Assembly: GCA_963674945.2 (NCBI GenBank)
Contig: CAXXWQ010000004.1
Location: 1,120,001 to 1,184,000 of the forward strand
Length of the DNA stretch: 64,000 bases
Direction: 5' to 3'
DNA from: an uncultured Desulfosarcina sp.
GTDB taxonomy: Bacteria > Desulfobacterota > Desulfobacteria > Desulfobacterales > Desulfosarcinaceae
Shown here: positions 41,881 to 51,490 of the stretch, piece after piece
Numbering within the stretch: the first letter of the stretch is position 1
How the letters are laid out: each line of letters opens with the position of its first letter
Notes under the pieces: model-generated
What the model saw: only the letters and a program-made list of their open reading frames with translations
The model's database searches: none
What the model was told of the DNA's origin: nothing
Position numbers and translations under genes: made by a program

Positions 41881-43548
41881 ATGAGAAGTGACAAGGCAAA
41901 AAAAGGAGTCGAACGGGCGCCGCACCGGTCCCTTTTCAAGGCCATCGGATACACGGATGCGGAAATTCGAAGGCCGTTGATCGGCATCGCCAATGCAGTC
42001 AATACGGCCATTCCCGGCCATGTCCACCTGGACAGCATTGCACAGGCCGTAAAGGCGGGAATCTACATGGCCGGTGGAACACCGGTGGAGTTTGGCACCA
42101 TCGGGGTCTGCGATGGCATCGCAATGAACCATACGGGAATGAAATACTCTCTCGCCAGTCGAGAACTCATCGCCGACTCCGTCGAGGTCATGGCCACCGG
42201 ACACGCCCTGGACGCCATGGTGATGATCCCCAATTGCGACAAAATCGTTCCAGGCATGCTCATGGCTGCCGCCCGACTGGACCTGCCGACGATCTTCGTC
42301 AGTGGCGGCCCCATGCTGGCCGGCGAGCATCCGGAGAAACCGGGGTGTAAAATCGATCTGATTACCGTGTTCGAAGCGGTAGGCGCCGTGAAAGCAGGAA
42401 AAATGGGGGAGGAGAGCCTCGCCGCCATCGAAGACGCCGCCTGCCCCACTTGCGGTTCCTGTGCCGGCATGTTTACGGCCAACTCCATGAACTGTTTGAC
42501 CGAAGTGATCGGCATGGGACTTCCGGGAAACGGGACAATACCGGCCGTCTATTCCGCCCGCCTCCGCCTGGCCAAACAGGCCGGCATCCAGATCATGGAA
42601 CTGTGGGAAAGGCAGATCACAGCCAAAATGATCATGACCGCGAAAGCGTTTCACAACGCACTCACCGTGGACATGGCATTGGGCTGTTCAACCAACACGG
42701 CACTTCACCTGCCGGCCATCGCCGCCGAAGCCGGCGTCGAACTGGATTTACGCCGGATCAACGAGATCAGTGAGAAGACCCCCCACATCTGCTCTTTGAG
42801 CCCCGGTGGTGCCCATCACATCCAGGACCTGAATCGGGCCGGCGGCATTGGTGCGATCTTGAGAGTTCTTTCCGATGCCGGCTTGATCAACGACGATTGC
42901 ATGACCGCCACGGGAAAAACCGTTTCCGAAAACATCTTCGATGTCCGGATACTGGATTCCGAAGTAATCCGTCCCATGGATAATCCCTATCATGCCCAAG
43001 GCGGCCTGGCCGTTCTTTACGGGAATCTTGCACCGGACGGATGCGTCGTCAAGCAATCGGCCGTTTGCGATGAGATGATGCGCCATGAAGGACCGGCAAG
43101 GGTATTCGACACCGAAGAGGCGGCAACCGAGGCGATCATGGCCGGCAAAATCCAAAAGGGAGACGTGATCGTCGTACGCTATGAAGGCCCCAAAGGCGGT
43201 CCCGGCATGCGGGAAATGCTGACCCCCACATCGGCCATCGCCGGCATGGGATTGGATGCCCACGTGGCCCTGATTACCGATGGCCGTTTTTCCGGTGGAT
43301 CACGGGGGGCGGCCATCGGTCATGTCTCACCGGAAGCGGCCCAGGGAGGCCCCATCGCCATCGTCAACGAAGGGGACACCATCACCGTTGATATTCCCAA
43401 TAAGAAACTGACCCTCATGGTAGACGACGATGAGATCAACAGGCGCCTTGCCGTCTGGCAGGCACCGGAGCCGAAGATCCGACATGGCTACATAGCGCGG
43501 TATGCACGCCAGGTGTCGTCGGCCAGTCAAGGGGCGATCGTCAGATAG
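41881..43548 (+). CDS. ilvD: Dihydroxy-acid dehydratase
   Basis: [40 protein letters not shown] motifs. Confidence 0.97.
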   Translation: MRSDKAKKGVERAPHRSLFKAIGYTDAEIRRPLIGIANAVNTAIPGHVHLDSIAQAVKAGIYMAGGTPVEFGTIGVCDGIAMNHTGMKYSLASRELIADSVEVMATGHALDAMVMIPNCDKIVPGMLMAAARLDLPTIFVSGGPMLAGEHPEKPGCKIDLITVFEAVGAVKAGKMGEESLAAIEDAACPTCGSCAGMFTANSMNCLTEVIGMGLPGNGTIPAVYSARLRLAKQAGIQIMELWERQITAKMIMTAKAFHNALTVDMALGCSTNTALHLPAIAAEAGVELDLRRINEISEKTPHICSLSPGGAHHIQDLNRAGGIGAILRVLSDAGLINDDCMTATGKTVSENIFDVRILDSEVIRPMDNPYHAQGGLAVLYGNLAPDGCVVKQSAVCDEMMRHEGPARVFDTEEAATEAIMAGKIQKGDVIVVRYEGPKGGPGMREMLTPTSAIAGMGLDAHVALITDGRFSGGSRGAAIGHVSPEAAQGGPIAIVNEGDTITVDIPNKKLTLMVDDDEINRRLAVWQAPEPKIRHGYIARYARQVSSASQGAIVR

Positions 43549-43597
43549 TGCTTATCTTAGAAATGGCGAATTCGACCGAATCATTTGAGGAGACAAC
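43548..43597 (-). mobile_element. Degenerate mini-derivative of family A at the ilvD stop codon
   Basis: TA|gtgcttatcttagaaatggcgaatt ... atttgaggagacaac resembles both element ends. Confidence 0.45.
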
Positions 43598-43616
43598 AAG
43601 CAGGAGCGTAAGGGAA

Positions 43617-45302
43617 ATGAAACTCACCGGAGCAGAGGTTTTAATGGAAGTCCTGAAAGAGGAAAAGGTGGAAGCCGTCTTCGGATTTCCCGGTGGCATG
43701 ACCATCGATCTCCACGATAACATAGAAAAAACCGACATCCGGCATTACCTGGTCCGCCACGAACAGGGAGCTGTGCATGCGGCGGACGGGTACGCCCGGG
43801 TTTCCGGCAAGGTGGGCGTATGCATCGTCACTTCGGGTCCCGGCGCCACGAATGCCGTCACCGGAATCGCAACGGCGTACATGGACTCCATTCCCATGGT
43901 CATCATCACCGGACAGGTCCCCACCCACCTGATCGGAAACGACGCGTTCCAGGAGGTGGACATCGTCGGTATCACGCGGCCATGCACCAAACACAACTAC
44001 CTGGTGACCTCGGTCGACGAATTGCCGCGGATTCTAAAAGAGGCCTTTCACATTGCCCGGTCGGGCCGGCCCGGACCGGTCCTGGTGGACCTCCCCAAGA
44101 ACATCCAGCAGGCGACCACCAACTTCAAACCCAATCAGAAAGTGAAAATCAAATCATACAACCCCACCTATAAACCCAATGCCAAGCAGCTGGCAAAGGT
44201 AGTGGCGTTGATCAAGGCGGCCAAACGGCCCCTGATCTTCGCCGGCGGCGGCGTCATCCTCTCCAAAGCCGCGGCAGAGCTGACACGATTCGCCCACACG
44301 GCAAAGATTCCGGTGACCATGTCCCTCATGGGGCTGGGCGCCTTTCCCGGCTCCGACCCCCTCTCCCTGGGGATGCTGGGCATGCACGGCACCTATCGGG
44401 CCAACATGAGCACGGCGGCATGCGATCTGCTCATCGGCATCGGTGTACGATTCGACGACCGGGTCACCGGCAAGACCGATAGTTTTGCCGCCCGGGCCAA
44501 GATTGTCCATATGGACATCGACCCCACCTCCATCCGAAAAACGATTCCTGTGAGCATCCCGGTCGTGGGTGATTGCAAGAGTTGTCTATCGGTAATCAAC
44601 GACTTGTTGAAGAAAGAGGATATCGGCAAACTGACGGCCGACCGGAGGCCCTGGCTGGATCAGATCGACGAATGGAAGAAAAACTACAAACTGGCCTATG
44701 TCCAGGAGGAAGAGATCAAACCGCAGTTCGTCGTGGAAAAGCTCTATGAACTGACCAAAGGAGAGGCGATCATCACCACCGAAGTAGGGCAGAACCAGAT
44801 GTGGGCGGCCCAATATTACCATTTCGACCGCCCCGGACAGTTTGTCACCTCCGGGGGGCTGGGCACTATGGGATTCGGACTTCCCGCAGCCATCGGCGCC
44901 CAGGTCGCCTTCCCCGATGAGACGGTGGTGGATGTGGCCGGAGACGGCAGCATCCAGATGAACATCCAGGAGATGGCCACGGCCATGCAGTACCGGCTTC
45001 CCGTCAAGATAGTCATCCTGAACAACTGTTATCTGGGTATGGTTCGGCAATGGCAGGAGCTTTTTTACGACAGACGCTATGCCTGCACATGCATGGATCA
45101 TGCGCCGGATTTCGTGAAACTGGCAGAGGCCTTTGGTGCCGTCGGCCTTCGGGCCACCCGACCCGACGAAGTGGAGTCGGTTCTAAAAAAGGGTCTCGAG
45201 ACGGAAGGACCGGTCATCATGGATTTCAGAGTGTCCAAGGAAGAGTGTGTTTATCCCATGGTGCCGGCGGGAGCTCCCATAACGGAAATGCTCCTGGCGT
45301 AA
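43617..45302 (+). CDS. ilvB: Acetolactate synthase large subunit
   Basis: RHEQGA, TSGPGATN, GMHG, RFDDR, GDGSIQMN motifs. Confidence 0.97.
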   Translation: MKLTGAEVLMEVLKEEKVEAVFGFPGGMTIDLHDNIEKTDIRHYLVRHEQGAVHAADGYARVSGKVGVCIVTSGPGATNAVTGIATAYMDSIPMVIITGQVPTHLIGNDAFQEVDIVGITRPCTKHNYLVTSVDELPRILKEAFHIARSGRPGPVLVDLPKNIQQATTNFKPNQKVKIKSYNPTYKPNAKQLAKVVALIKAAKRPLIFAGGGVILSKAAAELTRFAHTAKIPVTMSLMGLGAFPGSDPLSLGMLGMHGTYRANMSTAACDLLIGIGVRFDDRVTGKTDSFAARAKIVHMDIDPTSIRKTIPVSIPVVGDCKSCLSVINDLLKKEDIGKLTADRRPWLDQIDEWKKNYKLAYVQEEEIKPQFVVEKLYELTKGEAIITTEVGQNQMWAAQYYHFDRPGQFVTSGGLGTMGFGLPAAIGAQVAFPDETVVDVAGDGSIQMNIQEMATAMQYRLPVKIVILNNCYLGMVRQWQELFYDRRYACTCMDHAPDFVKLAEAFGAVGLRATRPDEVESVLKKGLETEGPVIMDFRVSKEECVYPMVPAGAPITEMLLA

Positions 45303-45367
45303 GGAAAACGACCGGGTCTGGAGAACCAGATTTTCTGGCCTGTTGAATGTAAATGGGGATACATCGT

Positions 45368-45856
45368 ATGAACGAAGAGAAGCACATATTGACCATGTTG
45401 GTGGACAACGAACCCGGCGTGCTCTCCCGGATCGTCGGATTGTTCAGCGGCCGCGGCTTTAATATCGAGAGTCTTTGTGTCGCCGAAACCATCGATCCCA
45501 AGGTTTCCCGCATCACCATCGTCACCAAGGCAAACGAACCATTGGTCGAACAGATCGAAAAACAGCTTCGTAAGCTCATCAACATCATCAAACTGAGGGA
45601 CCTGACCGGCTCCAAATCGGTCCAGCGGGAGATGGCCTTGATCTGCGTGCGGGCCCAACCGGAGGATAAAGACGAAATTCTTCGTATCGTCGACATCTTC
45701 CGATGCAAGATCGTCGATGTGAGCACCGAGTACTACATCATCGAGGCCACCGGCACAGAGGGCAAGATGGAGGCCTTGGTCAACCTGCTCAAACCCATGG
45801 GGATCAAAAAAATCGCCCGTACGGGAACCATTGCCCTGTTTCGGGAACCCACATGA
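45368..45856 (+). CDS. ilvN: Acetolactate synthase small subunit
   Basis: NEPGVLSRIVGLFSGRGFNIESL, ARTG motifs. Confidence 0.96.
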   Translation: MNEEKHILTMLVDNEPGVLSRIVGLFSGRGFNIESLCVAETIDPKVSRITIVTKANEPLVEQIEKQLRKLINIIKLRDLTGSKSVQREMALICVRAQPEDKDEILRIVDIFRCKIVDVSTEYYIIEATGTEGKMEALVNLLKPMGIKKIARTGTIALFREPT

Positions 45857-46003
45857 TCTGCGGCGGCATGCTATCGGGGCACGCCGCAAAGATCCATTTA
45901 CCCATTTCCGGAGGGTTCACAAAAAGACACCTCACGGAAGCAAAGGATTGGCGACAAATAGGCGTTACCAATTCCCAAATACCATATTCGTAAGGAGTAC
46001 CAG

Positions 46004-47056
46004 ATGGCACAAATCGATTTTGGCGGAACGTTGGAAGAAGTAGTCACGTCCGAAGAATTCACCCTCGAAAAGGCGCGCGAGGTGTTGAAGAACGAAACGG
46101 TCGCCGTGATCGGCTATGGCGTCCAGGGCCCCGGCCAGGCGCTGAACATGCGCGATAATGGCATTTCCGTAATCATCGGCCAACGGGAGGGTACCGGTTC
46201 CTGGGAGAAGGCCGTCGCAGACGGTTTCGTCCCCGGCGAGACCCTGTTGCCCATCGAAGAGGCCGCCAAGAAAGCCACCGTGATACAATATCTGCTTTCC
46301 GACGCCGGCCAGGTGGCCATGTGGCCCACGATCAAAGAATGCCTCAACGAAGGGGACGCATTGTACTTTTCCCACGGCTTCGGCATCGTCTACCGGGATC
46401 AGACCGGCATCGTTCCGCCGGAAAATGTGGATGTGATCCTGGCCGCCCCCAAGGGCTCGGGGACGACGGTCCGCACCAACTTTTTGGACGGCAGCGGCAT
46501 CAACTCCAGTTTCGCCATTCATCAGGACTTCACCGGAAAGGCCCGGGAGCGCACCCTGGCCCTGGGTATCGCCATCGGTTCCGGATACCTCTTTCCCACC
46601 ACTTTCGAAAACGAGGTCTACAGCGATCTGACCGGCGAGCGCGGTGTCCTCATGGGATGTCTGGCCGGTGTCATGGAGGCCCAGTACGATGTGCTCCGCA
46701 AAAACGGCCACAGCCCCAGCGAGGCCTTCAATGAAACCGTGGAAGAACTGACCCAGAGTCTGATTCGGCTGGTGGCCCAAAACGGCATGGACTGGATGTA
46801 CGCCAACTGTAGCACCACGGCCCAGCGCGGTGCCCTGGACTGGGCACCGCGTTTTAAGAAGGCCGTGGAACCGGTCTTCGAACGGCTCTACAACAGTGTC
46901 ACATCCGGCGAAGAGACCCGACGAACCTTGGATTGCAACAGCGCCCCCGATTACCGTGAGCGCCTCAATGAGGAATTGAAAGTGATCCACGATTCGGAAA
47001 TGTGGCGCGCCGGTGCCGCCGTTCGGTCTTTACGGCCGGAGAACCGACGCAAGTAA
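46004..47056 (+). CDS. ilvC: Ketol-acid reductoisomerase
   Basis: GYGVQG, FSHGF, APKGSG, SDLTGER, CSTTAQRG motifs. Confidence 0.95.
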   Translation: MAQIDFGGTLEEVVTSEEFTLEKAREVLKNETVAVIGYGVQGPGQALNMRDNGISVIIGQREGTGSWEKAVADGFVPGETLLPIEEAAKKATVIQYLLSDAGQVAMWPTIKECLNEGDALYFSHGFGIVYRDQTGIVPPENVDVILAAPKGSGTTVRTNFLDGSGINSSFAIHQDFTGKARERTLALGIAIGSGYLFPTTFENEVYSDLTGERGVLMGCLAGVMEAQYDVLRKNGHSPSEAFNETVEELTQSLIRLVAQNGMDWMYANCSTTAQRGALDWAPRFKKAVEPVFERLYNSVTSGEETRRTLDCNSAPDYRERLNEELKVIHDSEMWRAGAAVRSLRPENRRK

Positions 47057-47152
47057 TGGAACCATCGTCGAGCATTTTCCCTGCCCCCAAAAGGGGAAAT
47101 GCTCGGCGTATTGATCAGGCCCAGACACCCATCGACGTGTCAGGAGAATAAC

Positions 47153-48784
47153 ATGGATCCCATCTTCATCTACGATACAACCTTGAGAGACGGTACCCAG
47201 GGTGAAAACACCAACTTCACGGCCGATGAAAAAATAAGGATCGCCAAGCGGTTGGATGAGATGGGCATCCATTATATCGAAGGCGGATGGCCCGGTTCCA
47301 ATCCGCGGGACATGCGATTTTTCGATCTGGCCAGACAGGAACGTTTCTCTTTCGCAAAAATCACGGCATTCGGTTCCACCCGAAAACCCGGCATCGATGC
47401 GGCCGATGATCCGAACCTCAACGCCATCATCGAAAGCGAAACGCCCGTTGCGGCCATTTTCGGTAAAAGCTGGCCGCTGCACGTCCAGGAAGTCATGGGC
47501 AACACCCTGGAAGAGAACCTGGCCATGATCGAAGAGAGTGTCGCTTTTCTCAAGGAGAACGGCCGGGAGGTGATCTACGATGCGGAGCATTTCTTCGACG
47601 GGTACAAAGACGCCCCGGATTATGCCGTAAAGACGCTGGCGGCGGCCTGGCGTGCCGGCGCCGATTTTCTTGTGCTTTGCGATACCAATGGCGGCAGCCT
47701 GCCCCGGGAGGTGCAGGCGATCATGACAGCGGTATCCAAGAACCTGGCGAAGCAGTTCGGCGAAGGTCGCAACATCGCCTTGGGCATTCACACCCACAAC
47801 GACAGCGGCATGGCCGCGGCCAATACCATTACCGCCGTCGATTGCGGCGCCACCATGATCCACGGTACCATCAACGGATACGGTGAACGTTGCGGAAACG
47901 CGGACCTGACCACCATCATCCCCATCTTGCTGACCAAGATGGACCGGGTATGCATTCCCAAGGATCGGCTGGGCGGCTTGAAAAACCTCTCCCGGTTCGT
48001 GAGCGAAATGGCCAATCTCGTTCCCATCAATTCAAGGCCCTTCGTGGGAAAAAGTGCGTTCGCCCACAAGGGAGGCATCCATGTGAGTGCCATCATGAAA
48101 CAGCCACGGGCCTACGAACATATAGACCCGGAGGTGGTGGGCAACAAGCGGCGCGTACTCATGTCCGATCTGGCCGGCAAGAGCAACGTGGAGTACAAGG
48201 CAAAGGAGATGGGGGTGGATCTTTGCGCCAACGGCTGCGACAGCAAGGCCATCGTAGCCGCCATTAAACAGATGGAGGACGAAGGCTACCAGTTCGACGT
48301 GGCCGACGGTTCCTTTAAAATCATGCTGGAAAAATTTACCGATCAGTTCACCCCCCTGTTCGATCTCGAATCCTTTCGGGTCACCATCGAAAAGGACAAG
48401 GACTATCCCTGCTCGGCGCATGCCACCATAAAAATCTCGGTGGGCGACAGCCACGAGATTACTGCCGCCGAAGGCCTCGGTCCGGTGAGCGCACTGGACA
48501 ACGCCCTTCGCAAGGCGCTTGGCAATTTCTTCCCGGATTTGGACACCATGCGCCTGGTGGACTTCAAGGTTCGCGTCGTAGACGGGCGTGACGGCACGGG
48601 CGCCAAGGTCCGGGTGTTCATCGAGTCCCGGGATCAGGACCACATCTGGAGTACCATCGGCGTATCGGAAGATATCATCGAGGCCAGTTGGCAGGCCCTT
48701 GCGGACAGTTTCCAATACAAGCTGGCGAAGGAAGCCGGTCAAAAAGGCGGCTCGGAGTCCAAGGACAAGGTAACCGTGGCCTGA
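47153..48784 (+). CDS. cimA: Citramalate synthase
   Basis: YDTTLRDGTQGE, IEGGWPGSNP, YDAEHFFDGY, HKGGIH motifs; AGGAG SD. Confidence 0.9.
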   Translation: MDPIFIYDTTLRDGTQGENTNFTADEKIRIAKRLDEMGIHYIEGGWPGSNPRDMRFFDLARQERFSFAKITAFGSTRKPGIDAADDPNLNAIIESETPVAAIFGKSWPLHVQEVMGNTLEENLAMIEESVAFLKENGREVIYDAEHFFDGYKDAPDYAVKTLAAAWRAGADFLVLCDTNGGSLPREVQAIMTAVSKNLAKQFGEGRNIALGIHTHNDSGMAAANTITAVDCGATMIHGTINGYGERCGNADLTTIIPILLTKMDRVCIPKDRLGGLKNLSRFVSEMANLVPINSRPFVGKSAFAHKGGIHVSAIMKQPRAYEHIDPEVVGNKRRVLMSDLAGKSNVEYKAKEMGVDLCANGCDSKAIVAAIKQMEDEGYQFDVADGSFKIMLEKFTDQFTPLFDLESFRVTIEKDKDYPCSAHATIKISVGDSHEITAAEGLGPVSALDNALRKALGNFFPDLDTMRLVDFKVRVVDGRDGTGAKVRVFIESRDQDHIWSTIGVSEDIIEASWQALADSFQYKLAKEAGQKGGSESKDKVTVA

Positions 48785-48834
48785 ACGGCCCTACCCGGCC
48801 ACAGCTGGTTATGACCTGGAAACAGCTTTGACTA

Positions 48835-48975
48835 TTGGCCTTCCAGAAATAGGAAGATTTGGTCGAGATCGAGGCGCACCAAAAATTATACCGGAGGTAT
48901 ATGGTTGATTTTTCGAGGATAAAATTTTTCGCGCAACGAGGATATCGGGCAAATTGGCCATTTCTGGAGGGTCTA
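48835..48975 (+). mobile_element. MITE-like fold-back repeat, family A (141 bp)
   Basis: TIRs ttggccttccagaaat / atttctggagggtcta; TA on the left flank; between cimA and leuA. Confidence 0.9.
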
Positions 48976-49259
48976 ACTAACCGATCATGATGTGAGGAAA
49001 AGAACACCATGGACATTACAAAGGAAGGTATCAACGCCGCGGGAACTGTCATCGTCACCCTCCCGCGGCCCATGCTCGTCATTGCCCCGGCGTCTCTTTC
49101 ACCGGAAATGAAATGCAAAACAGATTGAAAGAGTATGCTACGAATCTCTTGTACTGCCCCTTGGTTCACTTTTTCGTCATCCGAAAGAGTGTGCCACCGG
49201 GACGACAAAATGCCGTTCGCGGTGTTTTCCATGGATTAGACACATAAAGGAGATACTCA

Positions 49260-50798
49260 ATGACAGACCGTGTGAAAATATTTGATACCACTTTGAGAGA
49301 CGGCGAGCAGAGCCCCGGTGCCAGCATGAATACCAATGAAAAATTGCGGCTGGCCGTACAGTTGGAGAGGCTGGGCGTGGATATCATCGAGGCGGGCTTT
49401 CCCGCCGCCTCGGAAGGCGATTTCGAAGCGGTCTCCCAGATTTCCGGACGGCTTAAAAAGACCGAAATCGCGGGCCTGGCACGAACCAGCAAGGGAGACA
49501 TCGACCAGGCCTGGGGAGCGATCCAGCACGCGGTCAAACCCCGCATTCATACATTCATCGCCACGTCGGACATCCACCTGGAACATAAACTGAGAATGTC
49601 CAGGGACGAGGTGGTCCAGGCGGCCGTAGACGCCGTTCGTTACGCAAAACGTTTCACCGACAACGTCGAATTTTCCGCCGAAGATGGCTCCCGCAGTGAT
49701 CGGGATTTTCTGTGCAAGGTATTTGGCGCGGCCATCGAAGCCGGCGCAATCACGGTCAACCTGCCCGATACGGTGGGCTATGCCGTTCCCGAGGAGTTCG
49801 CCGAACTGATTCGGTACGTAATGGAAAACACGCCGAACATGCACAAGGCCACCTTGAGCATCCATTGCCACAACGATCTGGGGTTGGCTACGGCCAATAC
49901 CCTCGCCGCCCTCAAGGCCGGTGCCAGGCAAGCCGAGGTGACGATCAACGGCATCGGTGAGCGGGCGGGAAACACATCTTTGGAAGAGGTGGTCATGTCC
50001 CTGAACACCCGCCACAACCTCATGCCCTTTGAAACGGGAATCAGGACGGAGCATATCTATCCCACCAGCCGCCTGGTGAGCATGATCACCGGTATCATGG
50101 TACAACCCAACAAGGCCGTCGTCGGGGCCAATGCATTCGCCCACGAAGCCGGTATTCATCAGGATGGTGTACTGAAAAACGCCATGACCTACGAGATCAT
50201 GAAGCCGGAAGACATCGGATTGAGCACGAACCAACTGGTCCTGGGCAAACATTCCGGCCGCCATGCCCTTTATGAACATTTAAAAGGCTTGGGATACGAT
50301 TTGTCCGACGAGGAACTGAAGGTCGTCTTCAAACAGTTCAAGGCATTGGCCGACAAAAAGAAACACGTCATGGACGAGGACCTGGAAGCCCTGGTGACCG
50401 AACGGGTGCTGCGGTCCAGTGAAGTCTTTTCCCTGGAATACCTGCACGTCACCTGCGGTACAACGGTCATGCCCATGGCCAGCGTCAAGCTTTCCATCAA
50501 TGGTCGGACCGTGCAGGGTGCCAACTACGGTAACGGACCCATCGACGCCGCATTCAACACCATCGCCCAACTGACCAATGCCACCGCCGAGCTATTGCGG
50601 TTCACCGTCAGCGCCCTGACCGGCGGCACCGACGCCCAGGGAGAAGTTACCGTGCGACTGCGGGAAAATGGGTTGGTGTCCTTGGGGCGCGGCTCCGATC
50701 CGGACATCATCACGGCCAGTGCCAAGGCCTACATCAACGGTTTGAACCGGTTGGAATATTTGAAGGCGCATCCGGTGAAAGCGTCACAAACGCTATAG
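49260..50798 (+). CDS. leuA: 2-isopropylmalate synthase
   Basis: FDTTLRDGEQ, HCHNDLG, GERAGN, HEAGIHQDG, C-terminal regulatory domain. Confidence 0.97.
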   Translation: MTDRVKIFDTTLRDGEQSPGASMNTNEKLRLAVQLERLGVDIIEAGFPAASEGDFEAVSQISGRLKKTEIAGLARTSKGDIDQAWGAIQHAVKPRIHTFIATSDIHLEHKLRMSRDEVVQAAVDAVRYAKRFTDNVEFSAEDGSRSDRDFLCKVFGAAIEAGAITVNLPDTVGYAVPEEFAELIRYVMENTPNMHKATLSIHCHNDLGLATANTLAALKAGARQAEVTINGIGERAGNTSLEEVVMSLNTRHNLMPFETGIRTEHIYPTSRLVSMITGIMVQPNKAVVGANAFAHEAGIHQDGVLKNAMTYEIMKPEDIGLSTNQLVLGKHSGRHALYEHLKGLGYDLSDEELKVVFKQFKALADKKKHVMDEDLEALVTERVLRSSEVFSLEYLHVTCGTTVMPMASVKLSINGRTVQGANYGNGPIDAAFNTIAQLTNATAELLRFTVSALTGGTDAQGEVTVRLRENGLVSLGRGSDPDIITASAKAYINGLNRLEYLKAHPVKASQTL

Positions 50799-50890
50799 GT
50801 GCCTATCCAGAAATGGCCAGCATATAGAAAAGGCGGAGACCGGTTTTCGGTCTCCGCCTTTTTTATCATTGGCGATTTCTGGAGGGGAAC
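50799..50890. terminator. Bidirectional intrinsic terminator enclosed by family A element ends
   Basis: Perfect 15-bp stem aaaaggcggagaccg / cggtctccgcctttt (50828-50862) between gtgcctatccagaaatggcca and tggcgatttctggaggggaac. Confidence 0.85.
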
Positions 50891-50894
50891 AGGC

Positions 50895-51476
50895 TTAAAG
50901 CCCCAATAACCCTGACCGTATTTTATCGTCCGCCTTCTCTCCGACGTTGTACCGATAGTACATCCGGGCGAAGGTGCTTCCCGGGATGGTGCCCCTCACT
51001 TCTCCCTGATAGGTAAGGGTCAGACCCTTGCCGGGAATATAGAGGGACTCGGAGGTGAACCCCGGTTTCATGTCCTTGTCCAGCCAGGATGCATATTTTT
51101 CGATATCTTCCCGGTTGGCGGCCACCAGACTTTCAGGATTCCCCTCTTCCATCAGTTCGATAAATCCTTCGCGGATTTTTTTGGCCGTTGCCTTGCTTGT
51201 CAGATAATGGGTAAGCATATATTTGACCTGCTCGGATTCGATGACCTCTTTCGGGTCTTTGGACGGATGTTCCAGATAGAGGCCGACGACATACACCTTC
51301 ACGAATCCCAATTTCTTCAGGTAGGCCACACCGTTAAGCTTCAGTGTTTTTCCCTCGATCACACGCTCGGTGGGGAATTTTACCCCTAATATCTCGACAT
51401 CTTCGGCTAAGGCCGCTGCAGCAACAACGAGAAGTATCCCGAACACAAGAGTGAATCCCAACCATTTGTTATTCAT
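50895..51476 (-). CDS. Chalcone isomerase-like exported protein
   Basis: Signal peptide; LKLNGV...FVKVYVVGLYL motif. Confidence 0.85.
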   Translation of the reverse strand: MNNKWLGFTLVFGILLVVAAAALAEDVEILGVKFPTERVIEGKTLKLNGVAYLKKLGFVKVYVVGLYLEHPSKDPKEVIESEQVKYMLTHYLTSKATAKKIREGFIELMEEGNPESLVAANREDIEKYASWLDKDMKPGFTSESLYIPGKGLTLTYQGEVRGTIPGSTFARMYYRYNVGEKADDKIRSGLLGL

Positions 51477-51490
51477 CTTCCCTCCTTTTG

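Noticed and set aside
45890..45920. cccatttccggagggt as another family A end
   Set aside because: Only about 12 nt resemble the TIR and there is no partner end
712..48975. Repeats as a CRISPR array
   Set aside because: Copies are dispersed, 141 bp long and not separated by regular spacers; no cas genes in the window
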